A stretch of 63,544 nucleotides of DNA, filler included, from Dicyema japonicum (lineage: Eukaryota > Animalia > Dicyemida): the NCBI GenBank assembly GCA_011109175.1. It is 4 parts of 4 records of this genome, joined end to end, with 100 filler letters (N's around TTAATTAATTAA, not from the genome) between each part and the next. Parts side by side here need not be neighbours in the genome. Positions count along the whole stretch, not along the records: positions 46,579 to 60,546 come from RDEW01000080.1; positions 60,647 to 63,544 come from RDEW01000225.1; 2 more parts are not named here. One strand, given 5' to 3'. The notes beneath the pieces were generated by a model. It was not told where the DNA came from and did no database searches. It worked only from the letters and a program-made list of their open reading frames with translations. A program made the translations under genes and the position numbers. The number at the start of each line of letters is the position of its first letter. The first letter of the stretch is position 1. Of this stretch, positions 52,925-63,544 are shown one piece after another.

Positions 52925-54225
52925 TTAGTTAGTTACAAAGATTAATGTAATGCTTTCCTGTATTTCAGTATGTGATTTCGGTTTGAGATAAATAGCGACA
53001 ATGACACATGTGAATATTAGTCCAACAACTCCACACACGATTCCAATTATTTGATTTTTCGTCAATTTTTTTACGGGTTTACTTTCAGACGAAATTAGTT
53101 CTTCAAAACTTATTTTATCTAAAATTTAGTCGATTTTACAGTATTACGATGTTTAAATATGTTTTTTTTGTCTTTAATTTCATTCGATATTTGTTCTTCA
53201 AAGCATCCTTCATCTAAATTCAGTCGGATTTATTTACCATCTCCAATAAATTCAAAAATCAAATCATCACGGAAAAATTGTAATTTAAAAGATGAAATTT
53301 CGATAGAAACATTTTTATAGTTTTGTGAGATGGATCCACAGTGATTATATCCTCCCATTTTAATTTGTTTAAATTTCTTTTTAAGTGAAACACATTTATC
53401 TTTTTTATCCCAAATACAAACAGAAAATCTAGTAATACGATATTTATTCCCATTTTGTTTATACGCCGTAATATATATTTCAGAATATACACCATTCAAT
53501 ATATATTCATTGTCATTATAATTAAGAGTTACGAGATTATAGGAATAATCACTGAAATGTTCATCTGTTATCTACTTATCAATGCAAACGTGTACAATTT
53601 CGTTATTGTCAATATATGATATTTTGATAATTCCACTTATTACTGCTCGGATTCTATTTTGGTTAAATAAAAACCAAATAGGCGTATTTGGGTCATTATT
53701 TTGGTTACAGTCATTAGCTAAATAAATTTTAATAAAAACCTTTTTGAGAAAAATGATACAAAATACCTTTATCGTTATATTGCAACTTGATTGAATAAAA
53801 TGTAACAGATATATTATTCGAAAAACTAATATAAGCATAACCACATCGGTAGTATTCCCCATATTTAGTGTTAGGAATCTTTGTGATATTAGTATATCGC
53901 TTACCAGCTTAAGTCAACAAAAAACGTACCATAATCAATTTCTGTTACTAAGTCAATAGTATAAAACTCATTGTAGAAGTATGGAATAAGTTTAAATTTT
54001 ATGTTAGTTAAAGAAAACAAATCCGTACCATTAGTTTGCCATACATCTATATGTTTCTCGGAAAGTAAATTTGATAAACTATATTCCTAAAGTTAACGAA
54101 ATATATACTATTGAAGGATTCTTGAAAATTACATATGAATCAATTAATATATATCTCTCATCACATTTTATTTTGACTATTTTGCTAAACAGAATAATTA
54201 TGATATAATAAATAGTTCTGTTCAT
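52925..54225 (-). CDS. LAMP-like type I membrane glycoprotein, 385 aa, 7 exons
   Basis: Exons 54225-54109, 54086-53930, 53907-53740, 53717-53596, 53571-53238, 53213-53148 and 53118-52925 join into a stop-free 1158-nt frame across six GT-AG introns (22, 22, 22, 24, 24, 29 nt). The protein has a hydrophobic N-terminus, two repeats of G-x-Y-x-x-C...S-x-KLQ...F...C, N-glycosylation sequons (NGT, NIT, NIS, NVS), a TM segment IIGIVCGVVGLIFTCVIVAIYL and a short tail. The gene model is more secure than the family name. Confidence 0.8.
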
Positions 54226-54399
54226 GTAGTCTAAATTTTATTAGGTCAAATTTTATTTTATTTAATTTTTATCTTAATTGTTTGATATAATTATATATTA
54301 AATATCTATGATAAAAGATACTTTATTACCATTTTTATTAAATATCTTTAATTATTGAAAATATAGTTAACATTATCAATTTCTATCCATTTTAGCTAG

Positions 54400-54758
54400 A
54401 TCCCTCAGTGAGTCCAGATCGTTCTTCACGGCCTTCAGATCGTTTTGTAAAACGACCGGGAGGATAGCTATCGCTGTTTAACGAGAGCGTTTTACATCGG
54501 AGGAGGAGTAGTGATCTTCCATTGCGATATTTGGTAGGGATATCAAGTCCAATTTATGGACGTCTTCAAAAAATCTCCAACGAGAGCTAATGATCTTGTG
54601 ACTTAATGGATTAAAGTCACGCTTATTGTACGGTCCATTCTGCGAGATCCTGGATGGCCAGGATATTCCAGTTATGTTTCGTAGATGATTCCTGTGAAAC
54701 GAGTCTAGCCTCTCCAATTACTCTTTTGAGGTGGCTCAGGTCCCAGAGTTGTGGAGGA
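54400..54758 (-). mobile_element. RTE-like 3' part
   Basis: Encodes HNSGT, LDSFHRNHLR, SRWRFF and NIAMEDHY. Confidence 0.8.
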
Positions 54759-56956
54759 ACTTAAAATAACATCTTTCAATGTAAGAGGGATCAGCAAGGA
54801 GTGGAGAAAAAACCTGTTATGTTCGGATCTGTGGAGATATAGTGCAGACGTGAGATGCCTACAAGAGACAAAAGTACAGGCTACATAGGGACTATAGACT
54901 CATTTTACTACCTTCGTCATCAAGACACTATGGACAGGGGTTTGCTGTGCACAATAAACTTGTTTGTGGGATACATCATAGTTGGAGTGTTAACGACTGA
55001 ATCAGCATACTGCAAATACGGGTTGGGGTCAAACGCACGTCATGGAACTTTATCTTAATTATAAATGTTTATGCACCTCACAGTGGACGAGTCGCCGAAG
55101 ATTCTGACGAACTTGACGCTTTCTACGTGCAGCTGTCGAGGACATATGCCGAACTGGAATCGTTTATTCTAGTCTTCATTGCCGGAGACTGGAATGCTAA
55201 AGCAGGAGTACGTCGGGAACATGAGTCGACTATCGGAAGACACGGAAGAGAGATCAGGAACCTGCCGGGGGCTCTGCTGATAAATTTCTGCCTGGCATTT
55301 GGTCTATTCCTGTGTAACACTGCGTTTGCGCATGCTACAAGACATAAGACTACTTGACGAGCTGCAGAAAAAATAAATCAGGGGGCCATGTGATGATTTA
55401 CAATCAGATTGATTACATTCTTTGCCGACAGAAAGAACACTATTACGGGACTCGAGGTCATACAGAGGGGCCGTCGTGGAAAGCGACCACAAGATCGTCG
55501 TGGCCCTGTTCGACTAGAGGATACCTAGTCGAGAGATTATGTTTTTCACACTTCACTCGAAATATCTATCGAGCATCAATGGATCCACAAGCAATAGAGA
55601 CAGGCTTTTTACCCTGAGTCACATGGACGCATACAATGGAAAGAATTCACATGGCTGCAGACGAACACATTGAGAGGCGGCCGCACATCGCACAAAGTAC
55701 CGAACAGGGCCACCCCGATGATCTCGCACTAGCTGCAAAACAGAAGAATCTTCGACTCTGCTAGAAAAAATGACAAACACAGACAGGAAATGCTTTTTAC
55801 AGTCGGAACGTACTAGGAAACAGAAAAAAATCAAAAAATTAAAAAGTAAACATGTTGCACTCGTTTTGGATGCCAGGCTAAAGGTAGTGGAGAATCTAAA
55901 GGATTGTGCACAGATGTTATTGGCAATGCGGCTGCTTAAGAGGAAAAATCAAAATGGCAAACTAAAAATTCAGGGTAACAAAGGGAATATGATTTTTGAC
56001 GCTACGGAACTAGCCGAACTTATTGCTGCTCATTTTGAACGACTCTTTGACGTTGACGGGTAAAACGTGGACCTAATCACTGGTAATGGAGGAAATCTTG
56101 TAAATGAAATTACAGTGAGAGAAGTAATAAAAGCAATAGAGAGACTGAAGTGCAATCGCTCGTCAGGACCGGATGGCAAAAGTGCTGAGTTACTGAATTA
56201 CGGCCCCAAAACCCTGGTGGAAATTGTGGCCAAAGTATTAAACGAAATGTTTGCAACTAACGACCTTCTTCCGTTAGGCAAAGCAATTCTGATGCCGATT
56301 CAAAAACCGAATAAGAGGACGGGCCCTGTGGAAAACCGCGCCCAGTCATCCTACTCAATACGCTTAGATAGGTCCTTGCTATGATGGTGTTGGATCGTGT
56401 GCAAGAGCCTGTGAATGAATTCCTGTCATCGAGCCACAGTGGATTCAGGACAGGCAGATCTACCGCTGATGTGGTCTGGGGGCAGGTGGCGTTGTGTCAC
56501 TTACCAAAGATTTGAGAGTACGACTACAATTTTGGGGATCGACATGTCGAGAGTTTTCGACACAATTCGCCGAGGAAAACTTCTTGATGCCTTAATGGAG
56601 ATTTTGTTTTTTAAGAGATTCTGTCAGAATGATAGAAGTGATAGAAGTTTTATTGTCGAACACAGAACTGACGGAACGAGTTGGGAGTACGTCGTCTAGA
56701 AATTTTTCGACGACTGTGGGTACCCACCCAGGAGGATTCCCTTTCCCCTTTGCTGATTGTGGTATACTTGGAGGTAGCATCGCGTGGTCTTAGAAGTTTT
56801 TATAATGGCCAAATCACCGAAATTATATACGCTGATGATGTGGATTTCGTATCGGAAAATAAAGCAGCCTTGAGGCGGTTACTTGACGTTGCCCCTGCAG
56901 AGTTTGGGAAATGGTTTCTTACGGTGAATACAACCAAAACTGAAATTGTGAAATGA
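54759..56956 (+). mobile_element. RTE-like 5' part (APE + RT through YADD)
   Basis: Encodes LKITSFNVRGISK, AGDWNAK, NQIDYIL, GPDG, DMSRVFDTI, DSLSPLL, YADDVDF and KWFLTVNTTKTE. Confidence 0.9.
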
Positions 56957-57019
56957 AATTTGTACGCATGGGATCAAGATTGGAGACGTTCCAGTAACTC
57001 GGTTCTATTGCTAGTCATG

Positions 57020-59325
57020 TTCCCTCTTCAATGGCTTTTTTGATTATCTTTAGTTGACCAGTCAATGTAATCCATCCAGTCGACACATCTTCTGAGTTTG
57101 TCTCTCAGTCAGTTTCTTTCTTTAATCATAGATAGCGTAGAAGGAGAGAAATTAATGCTCTTCTTATAATTGGTACCGGAGAGTCTCCTCCTGGTGTAAA
57201 GTGATATGTATATCTCCATCACAATTGAAAGTTCTCTGTCTATGTTGTCAATATCACTTCGGGAATAAGGTCCCTCCTTCCAGTTGTTGAGGTTTCTAGA
57301 TATGTATCTTCTATAGTGTCCCCAATTTAGTCTTGTAGCCTGTGAACACTGACTCCGTAGTGTCCGGAGTCAGGTTCAGTGACATCTTTTGAGGGATGTG
57401 GTCGTTCCTAATTTCCCACATGATCATCGGTCTCTCCACATAAGTGTAGAGAAGTTGTGACACCAGGAACACCCCAAGCATGTCTCCCCCGTAGTGCGAG
57501 AAGTGATTCGGCTTCTCTAACGTCATAATCTCGAAGCCAGTTATATCGCTCAATTTTCTTAGCCTGATTCCATCCTCGTTGGTTCCGAGCATCCATATTT
57601 AATGTTCTTGGCGTTTGGATCTCCCGCTAGGACAGACATATCGTTTCCTGCGAAGAATTCTTCAATTTCTGTGGTTTTGAGGTCCTTTGAATACATTCCT
57701 TCAACGTGTATCCAACGGCCACAGCATCGCACCTCGACGGAAACAAGTTCACAATGTGTATTCATAATAACTTTTGGATCACGTATCTATAGAACATCAC
57801 TNNNNNNNNNNNGAAGAATTCTTCAATTTCTGTGGTTCTGATGTCTTTTGAATACATTCCTCCAACGTGTATCCAACGGCCACAGGATCGCACCTCGACG
57901 GAAACAAATTCACAATGTGTATTCATAATAGCTTTTGGATCACGTATCTATAGAACATCACTGTAGAACGATGTAGTTCCAGTACCAGCCTCTGCACCTT
58001 CGACCTATGGTACTTCTATAGAATTATATCTTTGTAGCATTGTAGTGTTGGTCTTTTTCACCGTTGTCTCGTTGACCACCAGGATGTCAATCATGGTAGA
58101 CGACAGGAGTAGTGCCAGGTCATGAAGCCTCTTCCTCAGGGATCGGGCGTTCACCAGCACTATCTTCAGATTACTTTTCAAATTTCTTTTTGGTGGCCGG
58201 ACTCTCCATGGCCAGGCCTACCATTCTTCGTAAATTCACCCCGAGTATGCCTCTTAGTTCCTTCAGTCTTGATATTATTTCCTCAAGTTCTTTTGCAATT
58301 CTCCCTGGTATCTATTCCTTTGGTAGCCAGGCCGATTCTCGTGAATGAGGAGCTGGTTCATTCTTGTTAGTCCTTGAGCCAATTATTCTTTTTTTGGGCT
58401 GGTGGTTCCAATTTGTTGGTTATAGCATTCATGTTTAGGTTCCTTATTGTTGATTCGGAGACTTAGTTTTCGCCTGGCATCCACAAGCAGAGGGGATGCT
58501 CCATATCTTGCACCATGTTTTGTTGATCCGCAGTTAACGCACTTAGGTTCAAGACCAGGATCCGCATTGCACCTGGAGGTGTCATGCTCTCCCGCGCAAC
58601 GAAAGCATTTCTTCTTTCCCGTGCACTGGTGTGCATTTGATATCTTGCACCGTGTTTTGTTGATCCGCAGTTAACGCACTTAGGTTCAAGATCCGGATCC
58701 GCATTGCACCTGGAGGTGTCATGCTCTCCCGCACAACGGATGCATTTCTTCTTTCCCGCGCACTGGTGTGCATTTGACCGACCTGCTGACAGTTGTAGCA
58801 TATTAGCGGTCCTCTTCTCATCCACTCACAGGAGATCTTGTTCGTTCCAATGTAGCGTATTAGTGAAGTGTCCTCCGATTTACTATCAATCGAGGCCTTC
58901 GCTGCGATACTCTGGACATTCGGGTAACTTTTGTAGTGGAGGGAGCCATCTCCTGAAGGTAGTCCAAGAAGTCGTCCTCCTTCACCCAGAAAGGCAGGTT
59001 CCTGAGGACAATCTCAGACGGTTTTGTTAAGAGTGTTCTGAATTGGTGTTTGTCAGGATCAAAAGACAGGTCTCATTTACGGTTTCCATATAGGTGGAAA
59101 TCAAGTCGGAAGGAGCCCGGTCCTCTGTGGTTCATCCTCATAGATCCGTACTGGTCATAGCATCGTAGAACGTTTGCAATCTTTATCGCATTGCAGGTTT
59201 AGCAGGTTCTGCCTTATACGGCGTCTTGTTATCCAAAGAGAATGAATCAGCCGTAGCACTTCCCGTAGGACGAGAACAGCTGTTGGCTTTCGTGGTCGTT
59301 CTTTTCCCCTTAGCAGTAACCATTG
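57020..59325 (-). mobile_element. Jockey/I-like LINE 5' half (ORF1 with three CCHC knuckles + APE)
   Basis: Encodes CYNCQQVG..AHQC, CIRCAGEH...C and CVNCGS.KH, then LVNARSL, AGDPNAKN and PNHFSHYGGDML. It is the same family as 10207 and 40850. Confidence 0.85.
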
Positions 59326-59337
59326 TCTAATTCCGCG

Positions 59338-59582
59338 ATCCGAATTGTATATTGGGGAGGACCTGGATGCTATGAGAAGTTTGGCGAGTAACAGGGAAGG
59401 ATGGACAAGATTGATCCGAAAAATCGCTTATCCGAATTGTATATTGGAGAGGACCTGGATGCTATGAGAAGTTTGGCGTGTAACAGGGAAGGATGGACAA
59501 GATTGATCCGAAAAATCGCTTTAAGTGGAGCACGTGTGGAATTATAACAATTATGTTTCTACGATAGTTGCCTATAATAATA
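59338..59582 (+). mobile_element. RTE-like extreme 3' end, locally duplicated
   Basis: Encodes GEDLDAMRSLA.NREGW..LI and ends GCCTATAATAA like the 12859 tail. Confidence 0.65.
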
Positions 59583-60154
59583 TTAAACATTTTAAAAAGT
59601 TATTAAACAAATCTGAAAACCCTGTAACAAACAATAGAACTTTTGTCGGATGGCGCAGTGTTATAAGTACCAGACAGAATTCAGATGTCCGGTTTGAATC
59701 TCGCTAATGTCAATCATGGTTCAAAGTTTCATGCATCTATGATACTTCAAGGCTTGACGAGTATCACCGTCGTCAGGTGATCTATTACAGAACCCGTTAA
59801 ATAATAACTGATTTTCTGAAGAGCCGACAGTGTTTGATGTTCTTCATTTTTGTCTGAAGTAGTAGTTTATATAATACTGCATTTTACGGAGATCTATTGC
59901 TCTTTCCTGGTAGGATCCACACTTTATTTTAAGTAAAAAACAGTTATCATAACTAATCGATGAGGGAAAATCGATGAATGAGTTTATGGGCCGATAACTG
60001 ATTGTTAAATACACAGGTTTCCCAGATTCACGTATTTCCTGACCTCCGTCAATTTCACACAGGTTTCCCAGATTCACGTATTTCCTGACCTCCGTCAATT
60101 TCCAATTATTATTATTAAATACAAAAAATCACCGACAAATTAAATAACTACATA

Positions 60155-60546
60155 CAGTCCGACCCCGAATTGGGGCACCAAGTGCCCCAAAAAGCGGGGG
60201 TGCCCCAAAAACAGGGGTTTAATAAAACAGAGATTTTAAACATCAAAAATCAATTTTAGAATAATAATCAGTTAATTTATCCCCAGTTATCCTTTTACTT
60301 CTTACATTTTTCATAAAATTAAGTCGAAAATCGTAAAATTCTTTGAGCATTTCAGGAGATATTTAAAAAATTTTCTTCTCTAACTGATCAAAAGAATCTT
60401 AAATTTTAAAAAACTCATTGATGTAAGTCAAGTCGCATGAATTTTTTTCTCCACAAATTGATTTGAATTGAAGTTCATGTCGCTTTTTAAATCTGTCAAG
60501 CCAGCCGTTTAAAGCTTTGAAAGTATCAAATCCAATTTTTTAAGCC
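60155..60546 (-). mobile_element. Tigger/pogo transposon, internally deleted 3' end
   Basis: The TIR is TA|CAGTCCGACCCCGAATTGGG. The minus strand encodes FKALNGWLDRFKKRH..FKSICGE, the CENP-B/Tc5 HTH motif. Confidence 0.85.
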
Positions 60547-60646
60547 NNNNNNNNNNNNNNNNNNNNNNNNNNNNNNNNNNNNNNNNNNNNTTAATTAATT
60601 AANNNNNNNNNNNNNNNNNNNNNNNNNNNNNNNNNNNNNNNNNNNN
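60547..60646. other. Artificial scaffold linker
   Basis: N44-TTAATTAATTAA-N44. Confidence 0.97.
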
Positions 60647-61149
60647 ATTGCTTGGAACACATCAAAAGTGGTTAATTGTAACATAAATAGTGACCACAAA
60701 AGAATTATACTTTATTTTGAAAATAATTTATTAATTTAATCAAATAAATAAATATTTAATATAATTTTATAAATAATTAATGAATTATAATTTCTCATTA
60801 TTTATCACAATAATTTCTCATTATTCATCACCCGATCGGATTCCTCTGCAAGACCGAGAGAAGGCTCTTCCGGAAAGTAGTGGGGACGATGGTAGATCAC
60901 AGAAGTCGAATGGCACAATTGATTGCGAGGACCGGGATCACCTAACTGTCTGAGTCTTTTGTCTTTCTTTCTCGGTGTTCCCGGGGTTATTAAAATAAAT
61001 AAATAAATCACAATAATTTACTAATTGTAATTTAGCGTGGGTCATGTGGTTCACTGTTTCTGCTAAAGTCAACAATGGACTTAACTTCACAGTAATACTC
61101 TTTTGTTGCTGCTATTGACCTAACCTGGTGAAAACATTACTGATCATAT

Positions 61150-62700
61150 CTTGTGAGGTCAAACCTCATCCGACTACCAAAATCTATCTCTATTATTTAA
61201 CTGAATGTCAACGGAGTGGAAGGAAAAGTAATTGAGTCTTAATTTTTCACATGACGACCCCTTGCCATCACGAGTTCTCATCCCCATTAGAATACCTTGG
61301 AATTTTAATAATGAAGAATGGAGCAAAAAAACTGGCTTAAAAAAAACTACCGCACCTGTCTATACTCTGATCACAGGAAAGCCTATGATCATTACTGACT
61401 ACCGAGGAAATACAAGAACACCTTGCAGAGCTAATGACAATGTTACCTCACCAGACTTAACTTTAGCATCCCCACGGTCTTAGGCGCAGAAAGTTACAAA
61501 TGCAGTGAAACCTTTTAGTAAAACCATATGTGGCCATTAAACTATACATCCACAAAAAGACATCCCAGTCCTCTAATAACTCATTCGACCGTCTTGCCTG
61601 AAACCAAGATGATGTCTCAACCTAATCACTTTCNACTACCGAAGAAATACAAGAACGCCTTGCAGAGCTAATGACAATGTTACCTCACCTGACTTAACCT
61701 TAGCATCCCCACGGTCTTAGACACAGAAAGGTACAAATCACTTGATAATGCAGTGAAACCTTTTAGTAAAACCATATGTGGCCATTAAACAATACATCCA
61801 CAAAAGGACATCCCAGTCCTCTACTAACTCATTCGACCGTCTTGCCTGAAACCAAGATGATGTCTCAACCTAATCACTTTTTCACCCACAAAAATTAAAA
61901 TGCCACTAAAACACAGAAAAAACTTACTCCACTAGACCAGATGGAATACTAGCAACTCTCGTGAAGAAATTGTGCCCTCATAGCTCTAACTCAGTTATAT
62001 AACCTCTCGATCAATCGAAACAACTTCCACAACATGAAAATTAACACACTTCCATGGGAAGCCAAAAGAGTTTCCTCCTTGGCACAGACCAATGTACCCA
62101 AGCCAAGATGTTGTCGACATCTAATCACTTTCTCAAAGCCTAGTGACACAAAACTCTGATTTGCTCTATTTATATTCACAAGGCTTTTGAGTCAATACCC
62201 AGAAAAATCTTGATTCGAAAGATCTATGGTCCCTAATCCCCAAGGAATTTAAACGATAACTCGCAAATTTTCTAACAGGACGAAGAGTAGTAACAGGAGC
62301 ATAGCAATATCCCCTTGTTACCGTCACTGTTTAATCTTTCTGTATGATCTGCCAATCAATTCCGACTCGGATACATTATCTCTCTCTTACGGACGATGTC
62401 ATCTCAGCATACAAAGGAAAAAGCGTGCTGAGAGCTACCGAAAAATTGTAGCATGTGCTCGACCACCAGAATGAATGACTAAACAATAATTCAATGACCA
62501 CGAGTACAGACAACTCATCTACATTGTTTTTGATTGGCTAACTATTGGACTGGTCATGATTGTAAAAGAAATCTCATGCAAGAGCACAGTCAAAATTCTT
62601 GTGGTAACTTTTGAGGGTCAGCACTCAGTCTACCTGGCGAACAAAATTAGCGGGAAAAAACATCGATAAACTTAACATCGTTCAACTGAGATCCGCCAAA
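61150..62700 (+). mobile_element. Highly decayed APE-RT LINE
   Basis: Remnants include LNVNG, TSPDLTLAS, PDGI, IHKAFESI, PQG, TDDV and VKILVVTF. Confidence 0.5.
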
Positions 62701-63544
62701 TCACAACAAACTCAGTAATTCAAAAATTTAGTTTTTGTTTCCCTCCCCTCATCCTGTGGTCTGAAAGTTAGCAAACTCAACTCGCCTCGTTTCCATTACT
62801 CAGACTCGTCTCGACTTGTCCCCAAAGGAGCAGAACATCGAGGAACTCTTTAAAAACGTGATCCCTTTGGCTACTAAAATATACTCAAAGTACACGTGGT
62901 ATCGTGGCTTTCCGAATTTAGTAAGGGTACTTTCAGTATGCATGTGTTATCATTGACTGTAATTCCAATATTCTCCAAATAATCTGCGTCTGGTTCCCTT
63001 GGGTCTGCGACGCTAGAATTCTTGAGTCGTTTAGGGAATTGGATTTCTGCAAGAATAGGCGATCCCCGTGAGCTCTGCTGGTTATTTGAGCGAATCTCGC
63101 TCTCCATCTGAGAGGGAATAGCCACGCAGTCAGGGCGACGCTGTTTGACCATTTGTTCACTGCAGTACCCATTCAGGTTTAAATCAAGGACCGTCAAAGA
63201 TAAGGTGTGGACAAATACATTTTCAGTGAGCTACTTCAGGTCTTCTACATTCGTGATTTGTCTCCTGTGTAAATAATAGAATTTATACCTCTTTAAAAAC
63301 AACGAGGAGACGTCGATAATATCCATAAAAAAGTAAAACGGATTCACTAATAATTAGGGAAACTTAAGGTTCCCTTGCGCTGGCCTCTCGAAGTACAACT
63401 ATCAACAAAAAGAGAATGTATCAATAAAAAACGAGTCAGACTATTCAATCCATAACAGTTCCTTTATCTTGGCATTTTGAATCAGTCTATATTCTCTGTC
63501 AGCCATAGTTTAATGTCTTTATCAGTGGTAAACAAAATCCATGA

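Overview
This is a eukaryotic, AT-rich, transposon-saturated draft sequence. It is made of four scaffold pieces joined by artificial 100-nt linkers (N44-TTAATTAATTAA-N44 at 15273, 46479 and 60547), with one real gap (15746-16400) and several single-n joins. Most of the window is decayed mobile DNA: restriction-like endonuclease (RLE) non-LTR elements (an R4/Dong-like copy; CRE-like copies, two with an N-terminal PHD finger), apurinic endonuclease (APE) LINEs (RTE-like and Jockey/I-like), and DNA transposons (hAT Buster and SPIN-like, Tigger/pogo). Three host genes that the ORF track misses or fragments can be rebuilt by hand because they carry tiny 22-29 nt GT-AG introns: a SERF/4F5 small protein (19487-19689 +), an FKBP4/5-type PPIase-TPR gene (38058-38989 +, partial and frameshifted), and an intact 7-exon, 385-aa LAMP-like type I membrane protein (52925-54225 -) whose tail has a dileucine rather than a tyrosine sorting motif. 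The most interesting observations are the miniature-intron architecture, the PHD-RT-RLE CRE retrotransposons, the LAMP-like gene, and two RTE insertions with an L1-style 5' inversion. All calls come from reading motifs by eye with no database search, and boundaries of decayed elements are approximate.
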